A stretch of DNA of 64,000 nt from a virus (lineage: Duplodnaviria; Caudoviricetes). The translations under genes and the position numbers were made by a program. Under the pieces are notes generated by a model, which ran no database searches, was not told the origin of the DNA, and saw nothing but the letters and a program-made list of their open reading frames with translations. This document shows, piece by piece, positions 1-8,806 of the stretch (position 1 is its first letter; every line of letters begins with the position of its first letter). Location of the stretch: IMG/VR virus record IMGVR_UViG_2916515220_000003. The stretch is one strand, 5' to 3'.

Positions 1-66
1 GCCGGAAGGGCCGGCGATCGACGTGAGCGTATAGGTTTTCTCGCGCACTGCGCGTTCGATTTTCAT
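1..66 (-). CDS. AAA-family ATPase of recombination module (N-terminus only; truncated by window)
   Basis: MKIERAVREKTYTLTSIAGPSG.. leads into a Walker A-like GPSG; directly follows the exonuclease gene. Confidence 0.6.
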   Translation of the reverse strand, partial: MKIERAVREKTYTLTSIAGPSG

Positions 67-68
67 GG

Positions 69-1067
69 TCAAGCTGCCTTCGGAATGGAGGGTTCGTTCT
101 CGATCATCTTTTCGAACTGATCGGTCGGGGAGACGGTGATTCCGCTTCCGTAATAGGTGGGCCAAAAGCCGGTCTTCCAGCACTCGGCAAAGGCGTTCAA
201 AGCCGCTCGGTTCTGGCGCTGGCCGTACCAGATATACTGCGCGTCAACCGGCTTGATGTTGTAAGCGTAGGGGCGCTTCGGTTCTATGAAGAGCAGGACG
301 TGATCCTTCACGTCGATGTTGCGGACTTCCTTGATTGCCGTGGAGGCAAGAGCAAGCTGCATGTGATAATTGAACTTGCGGACAGACAACGCGCATCCGC
401 GGTCGCTGGCGTCGGCGGTCGTTTTCAGGTCGGCAATGACGTTGTCGGCCGGAATGGAATCGGGCCGGGTCTTTACCCACACGCCAGTTTTCTGGTCGAG
501 ATAGATGACAGAGCGCTCAACGTCGCCACGCAACAGGTCAACGAATGTCCGGTCATTAGCGACACGATCCGCCATGCCCTCGATCTGCTCGATTGCAGAA
601 GGCAGCAACACCGTCTTGCCGGCGGCGATCTGATTTTCGCGCCACTCGCGGGCCTTTTTCGTTTTGTAGTCAGAGTATTCTTCGGGGCGGACCACGTACT
701 GGTCACGGAAACCTTCTTCTCCTAGCAACAGCGTGTGAACGGCTTTGCCAAGGCTGAAATGGTCCTTCTGGACCTCTGGCGCGCGGTCGGGGTTCAGATA
801 GCTGTTATCCCAGAACTTGACAGGGCAACCATCTGGCGGGGCAATCTCACGCAATCCGCTAGAAGAGATAGAAGGGCCGTGGCAGCAATCGGAATGATAG
901 ACCGACATAGGCATGTAACGGTACACGCCCGGTTCCGTCACCTTTCCGCCGCGATAGGCGCGCTCGCTCTTCTTCGTCGGGAACTTATCGCTCAGCGCGC
1001 CAACGATGCCTGATGCTAGGGTGCCGGTGGATTGTTCGGAACCTGGAATATCAACTACCTTTTCCAT
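69..1067 (-). CDS. RecE/exonuclease VIII-like PD-(D/E)XK nuclease (DUF3799)
   Basis: YH..ISSSGL, GKAVHTLLLGE, KTRPD..IADLKTT, YHMQLA motifs; start taken at MEKVV. Confidence 0.9.
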   Translation of the reverse strand: MEKVVDIPGSEQSTGTLASGIVGALSDKFPTKKSERAYRGGKVTEPGVYRYMPMSVYHSDCCHGPSISSSGLREIAPPDGCPVKFWDNSYLNPDRAPEVQKDHFSLGKAVHTLLLGEEGFRDQYVVRPEEYSDYKTKKAREWRENQIAAGKTVLLPSAIEQIEGMADRVANDRTFVDLLRGDVERSVIYLDQKTGVWVKTRPDSIPADNVIADLKTTADASDRGCALSVRKFNYHMQLALASTAIKEVRNIDVKDHVLLFIEPKRPYAYNIKPVDAQYIWYGQRQNRAALNAFAECWKTGFWPTYYGSGITVSPTDQFEKMIENEPSIPKAA

Positions 1068-1303
1068 GCGACGGTGACCTCCTGATTGATAAGCGCCATG
1101 CGCTGGTATTTCGGGATGCCGATGAAGGCCCAGGAAGCGGAGACGCCGCAAACGGTGAGCATCACGGCGATAACGGCTCGGAACCGGCGCTTGAAAGACT
1201 TGGTCGACGTGTCGATGCGCCGGATGTGGTTGCCGAGTTCGATGTAAATCTCGGTCGGGTCATCCGCTTCTTGTGTGTTGGTGGTGGAGAAAGCGTCCAT
1301 CAC
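1055..1303 (-). CDS. hypothetical membrane protein
   Basis: ORF in early-left operon with one hydrophobic segment. Confidence 0.6.
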   Translation of the reverse strand: MMDAFSTTNTQEADDPTEIYIELGNHIRRIDTSTKSFKRRFRAVIAVMLTVCGVSASWAFIGIPKYQRMALINQEVTVAWKR

Positions 1304-1740
1304 GATCTCCCGTCAGCTTTGGCTTCGAGCCGATCGATTAGGTCACGTGCAGACTTGTCGCAGTCGCCCTGAGAATAGTATGCCTCCATCATGTCGATGA
1401 GGCTGTTCAACTCGGTGACGATCTCATCAATCTCGGCTGTCGTCAGAACGACTTTGCGATGTCTGCGGGCTTCGGCTTCCCGGCGTTCACTCTCGCGGCG
1501 CGCTTTCTCAGCTTCCGCAATCGCCTTCTGATCGGACTTCAACTTACTTCTCAGAGCGTCAGCCGAAACGTCATGGACATTTTTCATGTGGCTCTTGAGA
1601 CCGTCGAGCGTCTTCAAGACCTTTTCGCAATGGTCGCATTTGAAGTTGCCGCGCTGCCGCCAGTCGATATAGACCATCGGCTCCCGGCCTTCTCTATCAA
1701 GGTCGATCATGTCATCGCCCCATGCTGCATGGTCTGCCAT
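1300..1740 (-). CDS. C2H2 zinc-finger-containing hypothetical protein
   Basis: FKCDHCEKVLKTLDGLKSHMKNVH C2H2 pattern. Confidence 0.7.
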   Translation of the reverse strand: MADHAAWGDDMIDLDREGREPMVYIDWRQRGNFKCDHCEKVLKTLDGLKSHMKNVHDVSADALRSKLKSDQKAIAEAEKARRESERREAEARRHRKVVLTTAEIDEIVTELNSLIDMMEAYYSQGDCDKSARDLIDRLEAKADGRS

Positions 1741-1795
1741 TATCCTGCCCTTTCATGCGCGGGTACGCTGACAAAGCCCGCTGGGTGGTGTGTTG

Positions 1796-2122
1796 TTACT
1801 CGGACAAAGCCGGTGGGTTGGTGGGGTTAGCCGAGGCGTAGAGTTTTGTTCGGTAGGGAAACTTCTGGATGTCAACCAGAGCGACCAACTCACGCTCACC
1901 GAAAGCTTCAGGATCCCCATGAGCCGAAACAATCTCCGCTACCGCAACCGCATTGGACAGGGCAGATTCGAGGGCTTTCGCGTCCTCAAGCGATAGCGAG
2001 ACATCGTAGTTGTTTAGATCAACTCGCTCACCAGTCGTTTCGGCGTCGGCATAGTCCTGCGCTTTATCCGCCTCGACGTATTCGATTGCCGATCTCAGCC
2101 GGTTGATGATTTCACCCTGCAT
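1796..2122 (-). CDS. hypothetical phage protein
   Basis: ORF MQGEIINRL.. with GGGAGA RBS, in operon. Confidence 0.6.
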   Translation of the reverse strand: MQGEIINRLRSAIEYVEADKAQDYADAETTGERVDLNNYDVSLSLEDAKALESALSNAVAVAEIVSAHGDPEAFGERELVALVDIQKFPYRTKLYASANPTNPPALSE

Positions 2123-2145
2123 CTTCTTCTCCCGCTGTGCTGTGG

Positions 2146-2850
2146 TTACTTGGTGGGGGTGGAGAGAGCGGGTTCCGTCATCTCGTTCAGCGCCAGCCAT
2201 TCGAGCGACCATTCCAGCGCCATTTTCGATGCGAAGCCGCCGGCACTGTCGTCTTCCGGCTTGTCGCCCTTGCGGATCATGGCGAACCACTGTTCGGCAT
2301 GGTTCGAGGCGCTGTGATCGAGAACGTCGTAGTTGACCGATTTCGCATTCGCGATGGTGCCGACGAGGCAGGCGCATTCGCCTTCATAGGTCGATCCGTC
2401 AACGCGACCGTCACGCAGCGCGGCGATCAGCGCAGGTACTTCATGGCGGTTCTGCGTAAGCGTCATCCAAAGATCGGCTTTGAAACTTCGCAGGTTGGCG
2501 TAGCTCAGGTCGGCGTAGCTCAGGTTGGCGGAGCGCAGGTTGGCGTAGCTCAGGTCGGCGTAGCTCAGGTTGGCGGAGCGCAGGTCGGCGTAGCGCAGGT
2601 TGGCGTAGCTCAGGTCGGCGTAGCTCAGGTTGGCGGAGCGCAGGTCGGCGTAGCGCAGGTTGGCGTAGCTCAGGTCGGCGTAGCTCAGGTTGGCGGAGCG
2701 CAGGTCGGCGTAGCGCAGGTCGGCCTTTGCTTCCAAAGCCGCCAGAACGGCAAGCCGGAGCAGTATGGAATTCGGCGTGTTTTCGTCCGCCTCGACATCT
2801 GCCGAGTACAGAACCGTGTCATCCCAACGATTTTTGATTTCAACTTTCAT
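2146..2850 (-). CDS. pentapeptide-repeat protein
   Basis: About 15 A(D/N)L(R/S)(Y/S) pentapeptides plus C-terminal GRVDGSTYEGECACLVGT domain. Confidence 0.9.
   Translation of the reverse strand: MKVEIKNRWDDTVLYSADVEADENTPNSILLRLAVLAALEAKADLRYADLRSANLSYADLSYANLRYADLRSANLSYADLSYANLRYADLRSANLSYADLSYANLRSANLSYADLSYANLRSFKADLWMTLTQNRHEVPALIAALRDGRVDGSTYEGECACLVGTIANAKSVNYDVLDHSASNHAEQWFAMIRKGDKPEDDSAGGFASKMALEWSLEWLALNEMTEPALSTPTK
2491..2723. repeat. 15-bp tandem repeat with 60-bp higher-order period (encodes pentapeptides)
   Basis: 2581-2640 and 2641-2700 are identical; unit CAGGT(T/C)GGCG(T/G)AGC(T/G). Confidence 0.95.
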
Positions 2851-2889
2851 CATTTTCCTATCCCTTGTCTGAAGCCCTATGCGGGGCGG

Positions 2890-3375
2890 CTATTCGGCGG
2901 CGGCGAGGACTGCTCGGGCCGCATCGAAAATCGGGCCATCCAGATTGCGGACTCCGTGGCTATCGAACTCGTCGGCGTTCTTCATTGCGAGGTCGCACCA
3001 ATCGATGATTGCTTGCAGGCGCCCGGTCAGGACGGCGATCTGCTCGTCTTTCGAGGCGATCTGCGAATGAAGCTTGCCGACCTCGTGCCGCCAGTGATCC
3101 AGAGCATCGGCCCGCTTCTCAGCGTCAGCGGCCCACTTGGCAAATGGCTCATGCTGCGACAGGCAATCTCCCGGTTTATGGGCATTGCTGTCCTCGTTGA
3201 GCTTCCAGAGCGGATCGACGCGCCCGATAGCTTCGATGCCTTTGTTCGTGAACCAGTGAGGCGAGCCACCCGAAGTGCCAGCGATTTTGCAGAGCGTTGA
3301 AAACATAAGCTCGTAGCCATACGCGAGACGGGCAATCGATTTTGCGGATACAGTGACCGTGCTCATAGTCATCAC
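2890..3375 (-). CDS. hypothetical phage protein
   Basis: ORF translationally coupled in early-left operon. Confidence 0.65.
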   Translation of the reverse strand: MMTMSTVTVSAKSIARLAYGYELMFSTLCKIAGTSGGSPHWFTNKGIEAIGRVDPLWKLNEDSNAHKPGDCLSQHEPFAKWAADAEKRADALDHWRHEVGKLHSQIASKDEQIAVLTGRLQAIIDWCDLAMKNADEFDSHGVRNLDGPIFDAARAVLAAAE

Positions 3376-3653
3376 TCCGCCGCTTCCAGACGACCGATGA
3401 CGGCGCCGTGGACGATGGGGTTGCGATCAAACCGGGGAAGAACAATCTCGCCGGGACGGGCATGGCGCTGGAACTCAAACACCTCGCCGCCGTAGCGCTG
3501 TGCGTCTGCATCCGCTTCCTCGACATCGTCGTATTCGAGCGCAGCATCGTAGTCCGTGGTCCACTCCATCCCGTCACCGAACTGGCAAAGGTAGATGGCC
3601 TTACCGCTGCGGGTATGCATTTCGACGTTGAAGCGCTTTACCATTGGCATCAC
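3372..3653 (-). CDS. hypothetical phage protein
   Basis: Coupled ORF with overlapping stop/start. Confidence 0.65.
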   Translation of the reverse strand: MMPMVKRFNVEMHTRSGKAIYLCQFGDGMEWTTDYDAALEYDDVEEADADAQRYGGEVFEFQRHARPGEIVLPRFDRNPIVHGAVIGRLEAAE

Positions 3654-4066
3654 GCACCTGCCGTTTCGGTTAGGCTGTCGAGATCGACGCCGATACGCTT
3701 GAGCAACGCCTTTTTCTGGTCCTCGTTCAGGAGCTTGCCGCTCAGAAGCATGTTGACCGTCTTCTCCCCGATCTGGAGGTTAGGGGCCAATGCGCGATTG
3801 ACGTTGTAATCTTCCTGCACCTTGACGGTGAGGCCGAAGCCATGTGTCGGAATGGTCGCGGTGAGTTCCGGCCAGTTGAACTGGATGGACGATCTCCTGT
3901 ATTCTTGGCAGTCAATCGCCAGCGCTCCGAGGCCTTTCGGGCTATTCAGAAACTCCTTCTGCGCCTCTTCGCGAACCTTGATAAGTTCTGCTTCGGCAGC
4001 CTTCAGGCGCGAAACCAGCGCCTTACCGAGGTCATCGTAGGAGACTGCGACTTTCACGTAAGTCAT
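3650..4066 (-). CDS. hypothetical phage protein
   Basis: Coupled ORF with RBS. Confidence 0.65.
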   Translation of the reverse strand: MTYVKVAVSYDDLGKALVSRLKAAEAELIKVREEAQKEFLNSPKGLGALAIDCQEYRRSSIQFNWPELTATIPTHGFGLTVKVQEDYNVNRALAPNLQIGEKTVNMLLSGKLLNEDQKKALLKRIGVDLDSLTETAGA

Positions 4067-4101
4067 TTGCTCATCCTCAGTGGTTGAGATCGTGTTGGAG
4101 A

Positions 4102-4737
4102 TCAGGCGGAGATTTTTTCGAGGGCTTCGCGGAAGCGGGCTTTTTCAGCCTCAAGGAACGCTTTGTGCTTGGCTTCGACGCCGCGACGAACCTCAGCAAT
4201 CAGTTCGTTCGTCACCTTCTCGATCTCGCGCTTGAAGGTCGTTTCCATGCACCTCTCAACGAGGTACTGGATGCGGCTCTTTTCGTTGTAAGAGGATCGA
4301 TCGTTGACCTTGCCGTCGCTGCCGACCATTTGCGTCAGGTACTGGCGACCGGTCAGGCCGAGAAATTCCCGCATCGTGACCGGGTCAGCGTCAGCTTTGC
4401 CGTAGGTGTACTTCGGGATAAGCGGCTGATTGATGATTTCGGTCGTGACGGCTTCGAGCGTGGCATCTGCCTTTGCGGTCACCAGCGAAATTGTCTTGGC
4501 CTCGATTTCTTTTGCAAGACGATCATTGCCGAACTTGCCGACCAGCTGCTGAGCGGCAGCCTGAACGATCAGCTCTTCCATGTCGCGCAGCGTCCACGAG
4601 GTCATGGCAACATGAAACTCGATACCGTTGCCTTCAGCCTCTTTGCGGGCCTCCATGCTGCTGGACACGCCATCGTCGTCATGTTCTGCGCCGAGCAGTT
4701 CGTTGGCGTTGCCAGTATCCATGATCACGTTCGTCAT
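4102..4737 (-). CDS. hypothetical phage protein (first gene of early-left operon)
   Basis: Start MTNVIMD after GAGGATGAG; downstream of operator pair. Confidence 0.7.
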   Translation of the reverse strand: MTNVIMDTGNANELLGAEHDDDGVSSSMEARKEAEGNGIEFHVAMTSWTLRDMEELIVQAAAQQLVGKFGNDRLAKEIEAKTISLVTAKADATLEAVTTEIINQPLIPKYTYGKADADPVTMREFLGLTGRQYLTQMVGSDGKVNDRSSYNEKSRIQYLVERCMETTFKREIEKVTNELIAEVRRGVEAKHKAFLEAEKARFREALEKISA

Positions 4738-4817
4738 CGTCTCATCCTCATCCGGGTTGTTCCCGCCCTTCCATTTCGTCTCCGTGGGAGCTTCATTCGG
4801 TGGGCTTGTGAGGAGAA

Positions 4818-4880
4818 TGTTGCATAACGTGCAACTTATTGCAATGGGGTCGGCGAAAGAAAGTTGAATAACATGCAACT
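4818..4880. promoter_or_regulatory. two repressor operators (WGTTGCA-N5-TGCAACT) at the early-left promoter
   Basis: TGTTGCA-taacg-TGCAACT (4818-4836) and AGTTGAA-taaca-TGCAACT (4862-4880); same motif between cI and cro. Confidence 0.8.
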
Positions 4881-4905
4881 TATTTGTTGCGCCATCGTGC
4901 ATATG

Positions 4906-4946
4906 AGAGCAAAAAGAAACCCCGGCGGGATGATCCGACCGGGGCT
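4906..4946 (-). terminator. rho-independent terminator (minus strand)
   Basis: CCCCGG-CGG/CCG-a-CCGGGG stem preceded by AAAAAGAAA (U-tract on minus strand). Confidence 0.7.
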
Positions 4947-4962
4947 GATGGCATAAGTTGCT

Positions 4963-4992
4963 TCGACGGTTGTTTTACCAGAATGGTATAAT
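4963..4992 (+). promoter_or_regulatory. putative sigma70 promoter firing into the non-coding cassette
   Basis: TCGACG-18-TATAAT with extended -10 TG (tggTATAAT). Confidence 0.5.
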
Positions 4993-5154
4993 TTCGCAAC
5001 CGAAACGATTGCTGTCAGGCGCTGAAAAGCACAAAATCTTGCGTCTGCTCGGAGGTTCCCGGCAAGATGATGTGTTTAGAGGTGCAAAGGCAGCGGTTTT
5101 TTCAGGGCATTGTCCCGCGCCGCCGATCAATCCGGCAAATCAATCCCGACGCGG

Positions 5155-5430
5155 TTGCTGCTTCCCAGGCTGAAGCAGACTGTCTCAGGGGATTAGACGA
5201 CCCTTCGACTGGCTTGGACGTGGCTTGAGAGATTGAAGCAGGGTTATGCGGACCATGAGGGCGCTTCGGCGTTGATGATGGGGAAGGATTGGCCCACCTG
5301 TGAAACGGGCACCTGTGGATACTGAGACTTGAAAGCGTCCCGGACTGGCTGCTGATTGAGAGCGCCCTCCGTAACTCAGGACCGTGGTGTTTCCCTCATG
5401 GGGGCATACGTCTTGATAGGGGAAACTATG
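5155..5430 (+). ncRNA. candidate structured non-coding RNA (unknown family)
   Basis: Long nested helices with G-U pairs (5241-5270 with 5351-5377), possible pseudoknot 5182-5188/5322-5328, 3' stem 5389-5396/5418-5426; no credible ORF. Confidence 0.55.
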
Positions 5431-5457
5431 CTCTGAATCCTGAATCAGACTGAAACC

Positions 5458-5489
5458 AGAGCAAAAAGAAACCCGCCGGAGCGGGTCTC
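5458..5489 (-). terminator. rho-independent terminator after HicBA-like pair
   Basis: ACCCGC-cgga-GCGGGT hairpin preceded by AAAAAGAA. Confidence 0.75.
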
Positions 5490-5679
5490 AATCAACGTCC
5501 ATTGTGAATTTCAAAGCTTGCAAAGCGGCAGCTCGTTTTTCCTCTGTTAGAGGCTCAGGGTCAGGGACTGTCCAAAATTCTCCGTCCCTATCCTGATGTA
5601 CCGTTGAACCTTCGTAAGCCCGACGAACCGGTGTTAGGCCAAGCGACTTGATTTCTGCCCGATACTCGTCCGCCGTCAA
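5488..5679 (-). CDS. HicA-like small protein (putative toxin)
   Basis: 63 aa, helix-GL..VRR..GS..-TVP pattern reminiscent of HicA; TTG start right after HicB-like gene. Confidence 0.45.
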   Translation of the reverse strand: MTADEYRAEIKSLGLTPVRRAYEGSTVHQDRDGEFWTVPDPEPLTEEKRAAALQALKFTMDVD

Positions 5680-5967
5680 TTATGCGGCTTCCTGCAATTC
5701 AAAGCGGCGCGTCTGTGTTTCAAAGCCGATCGATTCAAGCGATACTTCTTCGGCTGGCCGAACGATGACGTTCTTGTGGCCTTTCGCTTCCATGAGAGCA
5801 ACGATTGCCTCAGGAATACGATCATTCAATTCTTCCATGGTATCGCCATGGACAAAAAGCCCCCGCACTTGCTTGCTTGTCGCAATCATCATGCCGGTTT
5901 CTTTGTGCTGCTTAACGTCGATTTCTATGAACGTATGGTTGGTGTGCACGGTCATATCACTCTCCAC
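5680..5967 (-). CDS. HicB-like antitoxin (DUF1902-like)
   Basis: IATSKQVRGLFVHGDTMEELNDRIPEAIVALME HicB partial RNase H fold pattern. Confidence 0.7.
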   Translation of the reverse strand: MESDMTVHTNHTFIEIDVKQHKETGMMIATSKQVRGLFVHGDTMEELNDRIPEAIVALMEAKGHKNVIVRPAEEVSLESIGFETQTRRFELQEAA

Positions 5968-6090
5968 CTATCCCTTTTTGTTTATTTTTATTTCATGTAA
6001 GCACTGAGCTTGGCATTGGCCAATTAACTTTTTGTTACGTTCGTCGTTGTAAGGGCGCGAACGTGAGCGAAGCTGGATTGTTCCGGCCGC

Positions 6091-6285
6091 TCACTGCTTC
6101 TTCACCTCGTCCCGTTTCATCCGCTCAAGCTCGTCTGCGCCCAGAGCTGCCTCAAGCACAGCATCCACCTCCGGCAAGAAGCTCTCCCACATCGGCCGCT
6201 GTTCAAAGGTGATGTTCTCCGGCACTTCATTGAAGCGGGCTAGGGCGCGGGCGGCGCGTTCTCGGGGAGGTTGGGGTAGTTTCAT
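6091..6285 (-). CDS. small protein co-transcribed with repressor
   Basis: ATGA overlap with cI stop. Confidence 0.65.
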   Translation of the reverse strand: MKLPQPPRERAARALARFNEVPENITFEQRPMWESFLPEVDAVLEAALGADELERMKRDEVKKQ

Positions 6286-6629
6286 CCGTCAGTGCCGGTT
6301 TTAATGTCCTCGAACATCAACTTGAGCATCTGGACGGCTTTCTCTTTCTGCTCTTCGGTTTTGTCGCGGAAAAACTGAGCTAACCAATCGTCCTCTGGAT
6401 CTCGGAAAAGAGAGCCGACTTCTTCCAGCTGGAAAAGAATGCAGAGCTTATCAAGATACTCGGGCTTCGGTAGGACACCTTTGTTGAACCACTTCGAAAC
6501 AAGGCCTTTGTCGACGTCGAGTTCTTCAACGATATCCTTCTGCTTAAGCCCGCGCTTCTCCGCCCACTCTGGTATGAAGTGGATGCGGCGCGGCGTCTTA
6601 TTGGCGTGAATCGGGGTGATGTTGCTCAT
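6282..6629 (-). CDS. CI-like XRE-family repressor (no S24 peptidase domain)
   Basis: EWAEKRGLKQKDIVEELDVDKGLVSKWFNKGVLP HTH; divergent from cro. Confidence 0.9.
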   Translation of the reverse strand: MSNITPIHANKTPRRIHFIPEWAEKRGLKQKDIVEELDVDKGLVSKWFNKGVLPKPEYLDKLCILFQLEEVGSLFRDPEDDWLAQFFRDKTEEQKEKAVQMLKLMFEDIKTGTDG

Positions 6630-6716
6630 GTTGCAACTTTACGATTTTCAAAAAGTTTGATCGTTATTGCGGCATGCAACTTTTTCTGTTGCGTCAAGTT
6701 GCAACTTATGCAACTA
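6630..6716. promoter_or_regulatory. cI/cro divergent promoter-operator region
   Basis: Perfect AGTTGCA-actta-TGCAACT at 6697-6715 plus TGCAACT half sites; no room for a cI RBS, suggesting leaderless cI. Confidence 0.8.
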
Positions 6717-6953
6717 ATGTCAGCCATGGAACAGACATCGGCAATCACCAAATTTCGCGAAGGCAACGACCGGATGACCCTTGAGGCATTCGGCAAGCTA
6801 TTCACTCCGGCTGTCGACAAGTCGACGGTCCTTCGCTGGGAGCGCGGCCAGATTACGCCGCGACGGGCAATAGAGATTGAAGCAGTTTCCGGAATTTCGC
6901 GTCATGAATTGCTGCCTGACGTGTTTGGCAGAGCGCCGGAGAACGCAGCATGA
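6717..6953 (+). CDS. Cro/YdaS-like HTH protein
   Basis: MTLEAFGKLF..VDKSTVLRWERG..IEAVSGISRHELLPDVF. Confidence 0.85.
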   Translation: MSAMEQTSAITKFREGNDRMTLEAFGKLFTPAVDKSTVLRWERGQITPRRAIEIEAVSGISRHELLPDVFGRAPENAA

Positions 6954-7261
6954 GCGCCGCGTCCGTTCTCTCCGAAGCTCTTTCTATCATCGCAGCACCG
7001 AACAAGTGGGCGAGGGAAGGTGTCGCATTTGACGACCGTGGAAACGAGCGCAAGGCCACAGACGAGCGCGCCAAGCGTTTTGATATGGTCGGTGCGATCC
7101 AACGGGTTCGTTGCTCTGCCGACGATTACGGCGCGGCTATCCGCATTCTCCGCGCTCAGTGCGGCAAGCAATCCATTTTCGAGTTCAACGACGGGCACGG
7201 TCATAAGGCCGTCCTCAAATGCATGCGGCGCGCGATAGCGGCTGCGGAGGTGGCGGCATGA
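6950..7261 (+). CDS. hypothetical phage protein (DUF6197-like)
   Basis: W.R.G.A.D..G / FDMVGAI / IFEFND..GHKAVL pattern. Confidence 0.6.
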   Translation: MSAASVLSEALSIIAAPNKWAREGVAFDDRGNERKATDERAKRFDMVGAIQRVRCSADDYGAAIRILRAQCGKQSIFEFNDGHGHKAVLKCMRRAIAAAEVAA

Positions 7262-7722
7262 TCTGGAACCACGATATATCCGCCGCACCGCGCGGCAAGA
7301 TGGTGCCTTACGCCCGCAAGGGCAAAGACGGCCCGATCATCACCGAGAGCTTCCGCAAGGAATACATCCTCGCTGTCGATGTGCATGGCGATGTCTACCA
7401 GTCCTACTGGATACCGCCGCGCCACACGCAGGCTGGCACGCTTCTGGAAGGCAATCGCTGGTCTGGCTTCAATCCCGGCGTCGATCCGATCGCTTGGGCG
7501 CCGTGGCCCGAATACGAATTCGCATCCGCCACGACGAGCGAAGATGCGCTGACCAAAGCCCCGACGAACGTAAGTCTCCCGGTTGACGAGAGGAGCGGTG
7601 AACGGGCCAACGCAGGAGGCGACAATGTAACCGGCGTCGAGAATGCTCATCAGATATCGGCGGGGGAGCTCGTCAGTAACTCCTCCGCATTCCTTCTCGA
7701 AGATGTTGGGGGAGGTGCCTAA
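7258..7722 (+). CDS. hypothetical phage protein
   Basis: WNHDISAAPRG..PIAWAPWP; coupled ORF. Confidence 0.65.
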   Translation: MIWNHDISAAPRGKMVPYARKGKDGPIITESFRKEYILAVDVHGDVYQSYWIPPRHTQAGTLLEGNRWSGFNPGVDPIAWAPWPEYEFASATTSEDALTKAPTNVSLPVDERSGERANAGGDNVTGVENAHQISAGELVSNSSAFLLEDVGGGA

Positions 7723-7926
7723 ATGGCAAATGGTTTCTCCCAGATCACCAAAGACCTCCGCAGCGGCTTGAGCCTCAAGCTGATGAACTGGGCAATGGAT
7801 ATTGCGCCAGAAGGACCGGAGCAAACATCGATCGCACTTTTCCTGCGCGGTCATATCGAACTGGTCGTTTCGTCCGATCCGCGGTTCAGCAAGCTCAAAG
7901 AAGAACTGTTCGGGAGGAAACCATGA
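7723..7926 (+). CDS. hypothetical protein
   Basis: Coupled ORF with GGAGGT RBS. Confidence 0.55.
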   Translation: MANGFSQITKDLRSGLSLKLMNWAMDIAPEGPEQTSIALFLRGHIELVVSSDPRFSKLKEELFGRKP

Positions 7927-8090
7927 CCTCCGCCCGTCTCGAAGCCGCCACGCAATCGCGCCGCGCGATGTTCCGACAACCGATCCTCTGCCGTCACTGC
8001 GACGAGCCGATGTCGATCGCTGAGCAGATCGAGCGCTTTTGCGACAAGTGCCACAACAAGCCGACAGCCGAAGTTCAGAAGGGGAATTGA
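7923..8090 (+). CDS. small zinc-ribbon protein (not in ORF track)
   Basis: 55 aa MTSARLE..CRHC..CDKC; ATGA overlap. Confidence 0.55.
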   Translation: MTSARLEAATQSRRAMFRQPILCRHCDEPMSIAEQIERFCDKCHNKPTAEVQKGN

Positions 8091-8092
8091 TC

Positions 8093-8419
8093 ATGGAATG
8101 CAATTTCGTCGTTGGGCAGAAGGTAGTTTGCATAGGCGAATGCTTCCCAACGCATCACCTTTATCGTGGTCTGGTTCCTATCACGAAGGGCACTGTTCTT
8201 ACGGTGCGCGAGATTACGAAAGCTAAGAGGATTGATGGAAAGGAGGCCGTTGGTCTCCGGTTCAAAGAGATAATCAACCCGAGCATGGTCACGTTGCATC
8301 ACGGGATTTGGGAATTTGATTATTCTCCGAGAAAGTTTCGCCCTGTCATCCAACGCAAGACCGATATCTCCATCTTCAAGGCGATGCTGAACCCGTCGAA
8401 AGAGCAGGTGACGGCATGA
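8093..8419 (+). CDS. hypothetical phage protein
   Basis: FVVGQKVVCI..RKTDISIFKAML, typical of rhizobial phage proteins. Confidence 0.65.
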   Translation: MECNFVVGQKVVCIGECFPTHHLYRGLVPITKGTVLTVREITKAKRIDGKEAVGLRFKEIINPSMVTLHHGIWEFDYSPRKFRPVIQRKTDISIFKAMLNPSKEQVTA

Positions 8420-8806
8420 CACCGGCATTCTCCCACGTCGAGCAACAGTTCCTCGTCTATGCGGCATGGTTCTTCTCGGCATTCGTCGTGTCGGCGGTAC
8501 TGGCGCACCTGGCATTCTCGGGGCGGAAATAACCTTCAACAAACTGAGCGGCACGTCCCCCTGACGCTCAGCGCTGGTCGCCTTCATCCACCTCCCTGTT
8601 GGCGGCCAGCACCCTTACCAGCGTTCTCCCCCGCAGCCTTGCGATGACTGCGGCGAGGGGAACACCAAGGGGAACAAAACCGCCTTTGCGCGGCGGGCCG
8701 GAGACGGCGGTTTGATTGGCATCTGTGCCGCCGTCTCCATCAGTTTCAAAGCCTTTGTACATGTTGGCCTCCGTTGACGCCGCCAACCTCGCACAAAGGA
8801 TGAAGA

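Noticed and set aside
2491-2723. Tandem repeat as a CRISPR array or DGR repeat
   Set aside because: No unique spacers, no cas or reverse transcriptase gene; fully explained by pentapeptide coding
4958-5173. 71-aa ORF in the non-coding cassette
   Set aside because: TTG start upstream of the predicted promoter, no RBS, no protein-like features
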